Below are positions 18,351 through 29,400 of a stretch of DNA of 40,821 bases, in pieces. The DNA is from a virus (Duplodnaviria > Caudoviricetes), in the IMG/VR virus record IMGVR_UViG_3300010234_000025, positions 1 through 40,821 of that record, one strand, 5' to 3'. The notes under the pieces were generated by a model. It had not been told where the DNA came from. It did no database searches and worked only from the letters and a program-made list of their open reading frames with translations. Every line of letters begins with the position of its first letter. The stretch's first letter is position 1. The translations under genes were made by a program, and so were the position numbers.

Positions 18351-21166
18351 CCACAATAACACAACGAAGCTTTTCAGCAGGTGAGATTTCACCATCTTTA
18401 TATGCAAGGGTGGACCTTGTAAAATATGCAACAGGTCTTAGAACGTGTAGAAACTGTACCATCTTGAGATACGGTGGAGCTTCTAATAGATCTGGTACGC
18501 AATTTATAGGTGAGGTTAAAGACTCATCTAAAGCAGTTAGGCTAGTCCCATTTGCTTTTAATGCTCAACAGACTTATATGCTAGAGTTTGGTGATACTTA
18601 CATGCGAGTCATTAAAGACAGTGCATATCTTACTGATAGTAACTCAGTTATTACAAATGTAACGCAGGCTAATCCAGCAGTAGTAACCACTTCTGCAGTG
18701 CATGGATTAACTACAGGTGAAGAAGTTTACATTGGTAGCGTGTCAGGAATGACTGAATTAAATAATAGAAATTTTAAAGTAACGGTTTTAACTACCACTA
18801 CTTACAGTTTACAGCTAATGGACGGTACTACCAATCTAGATACTACTGGTTATACTGCATACTCAAGCGGTGGTACATCAGATAGGATCTATGAAATAGT
18901 AACTCCATACTCTGATACAGATGTTGGAGACATTAAATACGTTCAAAGTGCAGATGTTGTTACTATAGTACATCCAGACTACGCGCCTAGAGAATTGGCC
19001 CGAACAAGTGATACAACATGGACATTAACAGAGATATCATTTCAGCCTAGTGTTGGATTTCCAAAAAACCTAGCGGCTACAGCAGGCGCAGCAGGTGCTA
19101 ATATTTATTCTTATCAAGTTACAGCAGTAGATAGTGAAACAGGTGAGGAGTCATTAGCTGGTACAGGCGCAGCGGCTACTATTACTAACATAACACAAGC
19201 AGATCCAGCAGTAGTAACTACTTCTGCTGCTCACGGATATACCACTAATGATCCAATATTTATCAATTCAGTAGTGGGCATGACTGAGCTTAACAATAGG
19301 GGTTATTTTGTAAACGTGTTAACAGCTACTACTTTCGAGTTAGTAGATGTTGATTCTATAAACTACACTGCTTATTCAAGTGCAGGCTCATCCTTTGTAG
19401 CTTACGCAAGAGTCACAGCAGCAGTGCCCACAGTAACAACACCTAATAATATTACCTGGAGTAGAGTATTTAACGCTGTTGAGTATAATATCTATAAAGA
19501 GACTAACGGTGTCTATGGTCAAATTGGTGTAGCTACTGGTACTAGCTTTGATGATATTAACATTACGGCCAATACAGGTTTAACTCCTCCTATCAGTAGA
19601 AACCCATTTGTAGGCACTGGTAATTATCCTAGTACTGTTACTTATATCCAACAGAGATTAGCCTTTGCTAATACAGATAATGATCCAGAGAAGATATTTC
19701 TAAGTAGGACAGCTAACTTTAAAAACTTTACAAAAAGCTCTCCTAGTCAGAGAGATGATGCAATTACATTTAATATTGCAGGTCGCCAAGTTAATGAAGT
19801 TAAAAACCTAGTGGACCTAGGGCGATTAGTCGTATTAACTTCTGGTGGTGAGCACTCAGTAGAAGGAGAGTCAGGGGTAATAACTCCGACTACGTTAAAC
19901 CCTAGGCAATATAGCTATAACGGTAGTGGAGATCTACAGCCAATACTTGTAGATGGATCTGCTATTTACCAGCAGGCAAGAGGCTCTATCATTAGGGATC
20001 TTGCTTATAGTTTTGAAGTATCAGGATATAGAGGGGATGACTTAACTATATTCTCATCACATTTATTCGATAAATTTACCCTAGTAGATTGGGCCTATCA
20101 ACAAATTCCACATAGCATATTGTGGACTGTAAGAAGTGATGGAGCTTTACTTGGTATGACCTTTGTAAAGAATCAAGAGGTAATAGCGTGGCATAGGCAT
20201 GACTTTAATGGGACTGTTGAAAATGTTGCAGTTATTCCAGAAGGCAATGAAGATTTCTTATATCTAACAATCAATAGAACTATAGACGGTAATACGGTGC
20301 GGTATGTAGAAAGATTATCTACCAGGCAATATACAAATATTGAAGATGCTAAATTTATGGATAGCTTTCTAACCTATGATGGCCGTAATACTACCACTTC
20401 TCATACCATGACTTTATCAGGTGGTACTACATGGGAATACACTGAAACATTAACACTTACTTCTAGCACTTCATTTTTCACAAGTGCAGATGTTGGTAAC
20501 GCAATACACCTAGAAGATTCATCAGGTGAAATAATTAGACTCACCATAGAAGGCTATACAAGTGGTACAGTAGTAACAGGTAAACCACATAAAACAGTGC
20601 CAGCTAGTTTAAGGTCTACAGCAGTCAGTACATGGACTAAAGCAGTAGATGAGATAATAGGACTATGGCATTTAGAAGGTGAAGATGTCTCGGTATTTGC
20701 TGATGAGTTTGTTGTTGCGAGTCCTAATAATGACTCTTATGATACAGTTACAGTTAATAATGGAGGGATCACATTAGATAAACCTTATGGGTTAATTCAT
20801 ATTGGCATACCTTACATATCAGATATAGAGTCACTAGATGTAGATACTGCAAGTGGTGAAACATTATCGGATAAAAATAAAATAGTAGGTGAGGTTAATT
20901 TATTTGTTGAAGAGTCTAGAGGTATTTGGTCAGGCCCTAAACCTCCAAGTGATGACACAGTAGATCCTTTAGAGGGTTTAACTGAGTTTAAATTAAGAAA
21001 CTCTGAGACTTATGAAAACCCTGTAAGATTGATTACAGACACTATTGCGGTTAAAATTAAGTCAGAATGGAATAGCAATGGGAGAGTTTTTGTACGGCAA
21101 GTTGATCCAATCCCCATGACAGTGTTATCAATGAGTCCAGCAGGTAAATTTCCTTTTAGCGGCTAG
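18347..21166 (+). CDS. Tail tubular protein B / nozzle with two inserted FCCH-like beta domains
   Basis: QRSFSAGEISPSLYARVD, QSADV, YPSTV..QQRL, AWHRHD. Confidence 0.92.
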   Translation: MTTITQRSFSAGEISPSLYARVDLVKYATGLRTCRNCTILRYGGASNRSGTQFIGEVKDSSKAVRLVPFAFNAQQTYMLEFGDTYMRVIKDSAYLTDSNSVITNVTQANPAVVTTSAVHGLTTGEEVYIGSVSGMTELNNRNFKVTVLTTTTYSLQLMDGTTNLDTTGYTAYSSGGTSDRIYEIVTPYSDTDVGDIKYVQSADVVTIVHPDYAPRELARTSDTTWTLTEISFQPSVGFPKNLAATAGAAGANIYSYQVTAVDSETGEESLAGTGAAATITNITQADPAVVTTSAAHGYTTNDPIFINSVVGMTELNNRGYFVNVLTATTFELVDVDSINYTAYSSAGSSFVAYARVTAAVPTVTTPNNITWSRVFNAVEYNIYKETNGVYGQIGVATGTSFDDINITANTGLTPPISRNPFVGTGNYPSTVTYIQQRLAFANTDNDPEKIFLSRTANFKNFTKSSPSQRDDAITFNIAGRQVNEVKNLVDLGRLVVLTSGGEHSVEGESGVITPTTLNPRQYSYNGSGDLQPILVDGSAIYQQARGSIIRDLAYSFEVSGYRGDDLTIFSSHLFDKFTLVDWAYQQIPHSILWTVRSDGALLGMTFVKNQEVIAWHRHDFNGTVENVAVIPEGNEDFLYLTINRTIDGNTVRYVERLSTRQYTNIEDAKFMDSFLTYDGRNTTTSHTMTLSGGTTWEYTETLTLTSSTSFFTSADVGNAIHLEDSSGEIIRLTIEGYTSGTVVTGKPHKTVPASLRSTAVSTWTKAVDEIIGLWHLEGEDVSVFADEFVVASPNNDSYDTVTVNNGGITLDKPYGLIHIGIPYISDIESLDVDTASGETLSDKNKIVGEVNLFVEESRGIWSGPKPPSDDTVDPLEGLTEFKLRNSETYENPVRLITDTIAVKIKSEWNSNGRVFVRQVDPIPMTVLSMSPAGKFPFSG

Positions 21167-21174
21167 GAGTAGTA

Positions 21175-21729
21175 ATGAGTGGTAGTGCATCAGGCGGAGC
21201 ACAAGTAGGCATAGGAGCTTTGCAGATATTGCAAGCAAAGCAACAGGCCGATGCTTTAAAAAGGCAAGGTCAGTTTCAGGCCCAACAGGATGAATTTAAC
21301 GCAAAGCTATTAGATTTTCAAAAGCAAGACCTTGCGGCCAAAACAGATTTAGACATTAAAGAAAGAGGTACAGCAGCTAAGCAAATGATAGGTGCTCAAA
21401 AAGTATCACTAGCTGCACAAGGTATTGATGTAGAAGGCCAGATAGGTCAAGATTTAGCAAACCAAGAATTGCAATTTGCAGCAGATGATATTAATACAAT
21501 AAAGAATAATGCGTGGAGACAAGCCTTTGGTATTGAGATAGAGCAAACAAACCTCAGACAAGGTGCCAAAGCTAAAAGGATTTCATCGGTAGGAGCAGCT
21601 AACGCTACTTTAGCTACAGGCGGTTTACGTGGCGCATCTACTATACTAGAAGGTGCAGGCAAGTTTAGAGGTACTGGCCCTGCTAAGAAAACAAGTAAGA
21701 GAACTTGGAACACAGAAGGAAGAGCGTAA
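21175..21729 (+). CDS. Internal virion (ejection) protein, small
   Basis: GAQKVSLAAQGIDV; helical Ala/Gln-rich; position after the nozzle. Confidence 0.8.
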   Translation: MSGSASGGAQVGIGALQILQAKQQADALKRQGQFQAQQDEFNAKLLDFQKQDLAAKTDLDIKERGTAAKQMIGAQKVSLAAQGIDVEGQIGQDLANQELQFAADDINTIKNNAWRQAFGIEIEQTNLRQGAKAKRISSVGAANATLATGGLRGASTILEGAGKFRGTGPAKKTSKRTWNTEGRA

Positions 21730-21730
21730 T

Positions 21731-23434
21731 ATGCCAAGAATACCAACATCAGGCAGGCAGGTAGAGCAGCAGGCATTAAGAACAGGAGGCTTTAATACAA
21801 GAGCACCTGTAACAGATTTCTCATCAACACTAGGAGCATTGGCAGATGTGGCCAGTACTGTTGGTAGAATTGAAGATCAAGAGCGTGCAAAAGTAGAAGC
21901 TTCTGAGTTAGATGCATTTGAAAGTAAATTAAGAGATGAGAAGAATAGAGCATTGCATGATAAAGAAGTAGGCTTTCTAAATAAGAAGGGTAAGACCACC
22001 CTAGAAAACTTTAAGGGTTATCAAGAGAATTATAAGAAATTTGCAGATGAAGGTTTAAAAGGTCTAGGAAGTGAATCATTAAGAAATAAAGCTCAAAGGT
22101 TGGTATCTAGATATAATAGCGATGTAGACAGGTCGTTAAACAATCACACTTCTGTAGAGATGCAAAGGCATGATGATAGTCAGACTCAAGCGAATCTTAA
22201 CTCAGTTACCAATGATGCTGTGCTTAATTACAAAGATAAGAGTATTGCTAGTAACAGCATAGCAAAAGCTAAAGAATATATAAGTGGAGCTGTAGATGGT
22301 AATGGGAATGTTTTGAAGGTTGGTTATGCCCAAAGAAAGGGCATGTCTAAAGCTGAGGAAAAAGAAATGTTGCTTGACGCATCTACACGCATCCACAGTG
22401 GTATTATACAACAGGCGTTAAATAACAATGAGGATTTATTAGCTAAGGACTATTTCGATCAAGCTAAGAAACGAAAGGAAATAAACGCTAAAGCAGTCAC
22501 TCAGATAGATGGAATAATAAATGCACATCACATAAAAGGTGAGTCGCAGCGTCAAACTGATACTATCATTTCAGAAGATAAGTCATTATCTGATTCTCTA
22601 GCAGATGCTAGATCTATTAAAGATCCAGAACTAAGAGATGCTACTGTCAGGAGAGTTAGAGACAGATGGAATGAAAAAGATTTCATTAGAAAGGATGAGA
22701 CTTTTAGAAGAGGTAATGATTTAAAAGAGCAAATAGATCAATTTGGCACTATGGATCATGTACCAGAAGCAGAAAAGATGGGCCTCACTAAAAAGAAACG
22801 CAAGCTAATTGAAGAGTATTCTAGCTTAATGAGTCGTGGGGTAGAGCCTAAAACAGATCCAATTGCTAAGCAGGATTTATTTCTAATGGCCTCAACTCCT
22901 GAAACTAGAGATAAGTTTTTAAAGACTGACTTAACTGATTATATAACCAGGCTCAGTAGGTCTGATTACAATAAATTTCTAGACATGCGTAGAGATATCC
23001 AACAGGGCGGATCAAAGTACAATCCTGAGTTTGGAAAGTTCTTATCAGATAGTCAGACTATAAACAACACAATGACAGAAGTAGGGATTAGCAATAAAAA
23101 GAAGCGTGCCCAATTTACCAACATGGTGCAAGATAGAGCAATTGAATGGCAACGTAGAAATCAAAAGAAGGATATTCCTCAAGATGAGCTAAAGAAGATT
23201 TCCGACTCTCTTGCTACAGAAGTAACAGTAGAAGGATTCTTTTTCGATTCAAACAAAAGACTATTTGAAGTTAGTAGTAAAGATTCTATAGTTGGTGTAG
23301 AGTTTGATTCAATCCCAGAAAACCGAAAGGCCCAGATAAGAGAAGCTTTAGAAGGTGCAGGAAAGCAACCATCAGAAGAAGAAATGATTAAAGTGTATCA
23401 ACGCTGGTTAAAGAAGAGTTTAAGCAATGACTAA
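21731..23434 (+). CDS. Internal virion (ejection) protein, middle (start revised to MPRIP)
   Basis: MPRIP N-terminus; all-helical composition; synteny. Confidence 0.8.
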   Translation: MPRIPTSGRQVEQQALRTGGFNTRAPVTDFSSTLGALADVASTVGRIEDQERAKVEASELDAFESKLRDEKNRALHDKEVGFLNKKGKTTLENFKGYQENYKKFADEGLKGLGSESLRNKAQRLVSRYNSDVDRSLNNHTSVEMQRHDDSQTQANLNSVTNDAVLNYKDKSIASNSIAKAKEYISGAVDGNGNVLKVGYAQRKGMSKAEEKEMLLDASTRIHSGIIQQALNNNEDLLAKDYFDQAKKRKEINAKAVTQIDGIINAHHIKGESQRQTDTIISEDKSLSDSLADARSIKDPELRDATVRRVRDRWNEKDFIRKDETFRRGNDLKEQIDQFGTMDHVPEAEKMGLTKKKRKLIEEYSSLMSRGVEPKTDPIAKQDLFLMASTPETRDKFLKTDLTDYITRLSRSDYNKFLDMRRDIQQGGSKYNPEFGKFLSDSQTINNTMTEVGISNKKKRAQFTNMVQDRAIEWQRRNQKKDIPQDELKKISDSLATEVTVEGFFFDSNKRLFEVSSKDSIVGVEFDSIPENRKAQIREALEGAGKQPSEEEMIKVYQRWLKKSLSND

Positions 23435-26400
23435 CCCCTTTACAGAGTTTATAGGTGAAGAAGAAGAAACTAAGCCTAATCCCAAAAGCCTTAAAGAAAA
23501 CCCATTTACAGATGTAGTGAAAGAAGGTGAAGAGTTTGAAACTGTTCAATACAATGGATCTATAACTAAATCTTTAGAGAATACTCCAGACAGGCAGATG
23601 GAAATTAACAAGCTGTCAGAAGATATGAAGCTACCATCTACCTTTGTAGATAGAAACCTGGATCATTTAAAAGCAAATAAAAAAAAAGAAGAACTAAGAC
23701 AAATACAAATAACTAACCCTATGCTGGCAGAAGTCATAGCTAAGCCTGAGAAAATGGCCCTAGCTCAAGATGACATCGACAATCTTAAGAAAACAGAATT
23801 GATTGCTGGAAGGTTTAAATTTAAACCAAAGCAGGAGAGTCTACTAGACAGTATCGGTAGAGGGTTTGAGATTAATACTTCTAACCTTGAGAAATCTTAT
23901 TATGTAGGTCAAGCATCACAAGGTATGGGTGATGACACGGTTTATCAAAACATTGTAGATATAGAGAATCGAGTCCGAAAACTCCACGACAGTAGGCCAG
24001 GGTACGCAAAAGAATTTGATAAGAAATTTGGGAAAGAAGCTCTTGAGCTAGATAAGGCCTACTCTGATTTAGTAACATCTTTCGAGCAATCAAGTAATGC
24101 AGATCTTTTGCAGAGACTTTCACTATATGGCACTGAGTCAGTTAGAACAGCAGGCGAGTTAATGGACCTGATAGGAGTTATAGCAAGCAACCCTAAAGGT
24201 TTAGTAGAAACTTCCAGCATGTCACTTGCAAATAGCTTTGCACCATTGGCAGCATCTTTACTTGGAGCTAAAGCAGGTGCAGTAGCAGGAGCACCACTAG
24301 GGCCAGTAGGCGCAACAGGTGGAGCAATAGCAGGTGCGACAATAGCAGGTGTTACTACAGGTACAATATTAGAATACGCTGCAGAAATTGAAGGCGACTT
24401 AAAAGAGCGTGGAATAAATTTTGCTGATCCAGAAGCTTTAAAGAAAGCATTTAATGATAAAGAATTTGTTACGATTGCTAAAGATAAGGCCTTTAGAAAA
24501 GCTATAACTACTGCATCAGTAGAAACGATGTTTAATATTATCGGTGGTGCGTTAATTGGTAAAGCTGTTAAGGGTGGAACCACTGCAGCAAAAGTAGGAG
24601 CAGTAGCAAAGGGTCAAGCTCTAGATGTAGTAGGTGAGGGTTTAGGAGAGTTTGCAGGTCAAGCAGCTAAAGAGAAGGATGTAAAGAAAGCTAGTCCAGG
24701 TGAAGCAGTTTTAGAAGCTGCTAGCGCATTAGTGACTGCTGGAGGTATGTCAACTTTTGGTTACGCATTTGCTACTACTAGACAAAAGGCGCAGGTAGTT
24801 AAGCAAGCTTATGATAAAGCACAAGATGCTAGAGCATTTCATCAAGGGCTAGATGATGTAACTGAGATCATTCAAGAGTCAAAAGCATTTGAGCGCGATC
24901 CAGAAATAATTAAAGATATCTTAAATAACGGCTCTGATAATCAAGATGTTTACTTTCAAGCTGATGAGTTTGAAGATCATTGGAACGCTTTAGGAGAAAA
25001 CCCTAAAGAAAAAGCAGATGAGCTACTTCCTAACGGTAGGCAAGATCTAGAGCAGGCCAAGCAAGAGGGCAATGCTTTAAGGGTATCTTTAGGGGATTAC
25101 GTAACTAAGTTTGGTAATGAGGAGAGTTTCACGGAGCTATCTAAGTTAGCGCGTAGAGACATAGATTCATTTTCATTAAAAGAGACTGAAACAGTTACGG
25201 CTAATATTGATTCTCTATTAAAAGAATTAAGCAAAACAGCTAAGGCAGATCAACAAAAAGCTAGAATAGAAATAGACGCAAGGAAAGCAGTCCAAAACGA
25301 TATCGAGGGCCAACTATCTGCAGTAGGTCAAAAAGCTAAAGATGCTAAATATGCAGGTATTTTATGGGCATCGAATACAAATGCGCTAGGCACTATAATA
25401 GGTGAAGATGCCATAGACTTCCATAGAAGAAGAAGTTTAGAAATAGTTTCACCAGAAGAATCAGTAGAAAAAAAGAATGTCCTAGAGCAGCGTACTAAAA
25501 GAGGCTTTACTGTAAAGAAAGGTGAAAAGCTTAAGGCCCAATTGCCTGAAAGGGTAAGCCTTCCTAGACTAACTCCTTTTAAATCTCCAGAAAACTTTGT
25601 AGAGACACCAGCTAAATTAAAGACTGGTTTATCTAAAGTGCTGGCCGAAACATCACAAGTGAATGAGCAGTCAGGTAAGCAATTAAAGTTAAGTCAATCA
25701 TCATTAAACTTTCTAGTAGATAAGATACACGACAAGTTAATTAGTACTTCTAATAGAAAGAAAAAGCGCAAGTCACAAATATTATTCAATGAGTCATTAA
25801 CTGCTCTTAAGAATTTACCTACTCTGATGAAAACAGCAGTACCAACATTTGATACAGAAGATGGTAATGAGGTTTATTACGCATTTGGTAATGGAGAGTT
25901 AAATACAGTAGGTGTTAAATTTGAAGTTGATACAGATGGAAATATTCAAGATATAGAAGTAGCGGTAAATCGCCAGGTCGCCCCGATCGGTCAAGCAGAT
26001 ATAAATCTGATCCAATCGAGGTCGTTACCCGACAATATTAGTCTAGCAGAGTTTCAGCAATACGTCAATGCAGGGCGCAATATAAATATGCTCTTTCAGG
26101 ATGATGTAAAGGCAATAAACAAGATAAATCAAGATGTTATGGGCTTTTACTCTAAAATAGAGAATGAAGTGCAAAAGATGGACTTTAAGTCTATGCCTGC
26201 TAAAGATCTGAAAAACCGTATAAACAAAATCGAAGGTCTTAAAAAAGAAGAGATAGAATGGACAGGTTTATTTGATTGGCTGGAAGGTATCGAATCAAAA
26301 GTATCTAAAGAGCAGGTTACACAATTTCTCCAGCAAAACGGAGTTAAAGTAACTCAGACTGTATTAAGTCCAGATTATGCAGGTCCAGCTACAGGCGGTA

Positions 26401-29400
26401 TTCAGTCTGTTGAAACTGATTGGCAAGAGCCAGAAAATGTGGCCTATAACGATTATGATCCTCATGGTGATTACATAGTAGAAATAGATGAAGAAATTAG
26501 ATCCAGGCTAGAAGATGATTATTATATTGAGATTCGTATTCCAGAAATTGAAAAAGAAATCCGCGAAGAAGATCCAGAGCTTACAGATGAAGAAGTCAAA
26601 AAAGAAACAATGGAGCGAGCAGAAAAGGAAGCAGAAGAAAGTGCGATTGAGTATGCAGAGGAGGAAGCGAATAATCCAGACAGCGACTACGCAGCTACTA
26701 AAATAGTTGATGATGTAAACGACATTGAAATATGGAATATCGGCTACGATGGAGATTGGAGATACGGAGATGCTTATGGTGAGTCATTAGGTACTTCAAG
26801 CGAAGAAGAGGCAAAGATACGTGCTATTAAGCACGCAGTAGAGCAGGGCGATATAGACTTTGAAGGTCTACCAAATCTTTTATTTACAAGAGATGATGTA
26901 ACTTTCCCAGAGCCTAAAATAGAATATGATAATGACTTAATAGAAAAAGAAACTGCTAAGTTTATCAAAGAGAATAAAAAAGAATTAGAAACAGAAGTAA
27001 AAGAAGTAGTACATCCACAATTTTATAAAGACACTGATTTAAAAGGTGAGGAGTTAGCAGAAGAGTTAGCAGGCGACGTAGAGAGTCTAGCAGAAGATAA
27101 AATAAGAGAAGATTACAAAAATGGAGAGTTTGGACCTGTCAAAAAAGAGCTAGTAATCAAAGAGCCTTTTAACGGTAGGATTACTGGAAATGATGAAGAT
27201 GGTTATATTGTATCGCTTCATAAATTAACAGTAGGCGATTTTAAAGGCACGCTAGATGATGCTAAAAATAAGCTGCTTGAGATGGCAGAAGAAGAAAAGA
27301 TTATTTCCAGAAGAGAAGAGGATAAGCCAGAGTTAACGCAAGAGCAGCTTAAGAAAGAATTAATTGAGCCTAAAGGTAAGACTAACTGGGAAGAGTACAC
27401 AGTAGAAGGTGGAGATAATTATAGAGAAGTATTATTAAACCTTCCAGATATTGAGGGTAAATTCACAGAAGATGCTCACTTTGATGGGCATAAAAACTTT
27501 ATAGCTCACCTTAGATTAAAAGACCGTGTAACAGAAGATGGCCAAAAGATACTCTACATAGAGGAAATGCAATCTGATTGGCATCAGCAAGGTAGAAGAG
27601 AAGGCTATAAGAGAGATCTAACTCCAGAAGAAAAGAAGCAGTCAGATGCACTTGAGAAGCAGATAGATGCGAAGCAAAAAGAATATGACCAAAAAGAAAA
27701 AGAAATAAAAGAGAAGGCCAGTAAAGATCACTCAGAAGAATTTACCAAGCTTGAAAAAGAAGCTGATGAGAAAGTTTCAAAAATTCAGAAAAAGATAGAT
27801 GAGCTTGATCAACAGGTAGAACAGATAAGAGATGACAGGCAGGAAATTCAGAAAAAGATAGATAAAAGTAATAGTAATTTTGAGGATGAATTATCTGAGG
27901 GCACTTTAACTAAAGAAAGAGAAGATTTTTACAATAAAGAGATGGAAGGGTTAAGAGATGAAAGATCAAAAAATAGTGAGATTTTATCTGCAAAGAAACT
28001 AGAGTCAAGGAAACTAGATGATGAAATAGACGACTTAGAGGAACCTTTTAAAAGTTTTATCCAGTGGGCCATTAATACAGGTCGCATGGATATAGCTCCA
28101 CTTAACCAGATTAAAGTAGATATAGATGCACTAGCATCTGAAAAAGCAGAATTATTAAAGCCTACAAAATCGGATATTCCAGATGCACCATTTAAACAAA
28201 CAGAAGCATGGTCAATGCTTGCATTTAAACGTGCTTTAAGAATGGCAGTAGAACAGGGTTACGATTCAATAGGGTGGACTCCTGGGCATATCCATTCAAA
28301 TAGATGGACTAGAGGAAACTTTTCCCAGCGTGTTGATTTTGAAAGAATTGAAGGCACTGATGATTATAATCTAGCAATACACCCAACAGATGGCCGTGAT
28401 CCAATAACAACAAAAAGGCATAAAGGGCAATTAGCAGAGCTTCTAGGAGAGTCTGCATATAACGCTATTATAGAATCAGATGGTAAAGGCACTGTAACTG
28501 ATGAGTTAAATGTCAAGGATGTAGGACTAGAAGTCCATTATGACAAGGTGCTACCTAACGCGATAAAGAAATACCTCAAGAAAATAGACAAGAAAGCTAA
28601 GGTAGGGACTGCGAAGGTTACAACAGGCACAATAGAAGGCTTTACCAAAGAAACCATGGACCAACTTAAAAGTATCTCTTTGAAAAGAATTGAAGATGCA
28701 ATAAAGAAGGCAGATAAAGACGATGCCAGTGTAGGTGTAATTAGGACTTTGGAAGAGTTTAAAGAATTTTACTTAACAGAGTTAGAATTTCCTGGATTAG
28801 CAAAAGATGAAAAGCAGAATAAAATCGAAGAATATTCAATCAATTTAAACATTGCATCACTTGAATATTTAGACATTAAGAATATAAAGCAAGGTAAAAT
28901 TGGTGTTTCTTCACTAGAAAGCTGGAACCTACCCATAACAGATAAAATGATTGAATCTATTTCCAATGGGCAACCATTATTTCAAAGAGATTCAGACGGT
29001 CCTAAAGGTTATCTAGATCTATCAGATCCTCAAAAGTTTGTTATCGGTTTAATGAAAAATGCAAACAAGTCCACTATCTTACATGAGATGGGCCATGCCT
29101 TTCTAGAGAATATGAAAATAGTAAGTGAGCATTTAGACACTCTTAATCCTGATGATTATACTGAGGCGCAAAAACAATTTAGAGCAGATCAACAGTCAGT
29201 GCTAGAGCATTTCGGATTAGATAACATTTATCAGGTTAGTAATGAGCAACATGAGGAATGGGCCAGATTAACAGAAGCTTATCTAATGGAAGGTAAAGCA
29301 CCTAGTAAGAAACTAAGGAAAGCTTTTAATACCTTTAAGACATGGCTAATAAATATTTATAGAAATCTCTCAGGAGTAGAAAAGGCAGCAGGTCAAAAGC

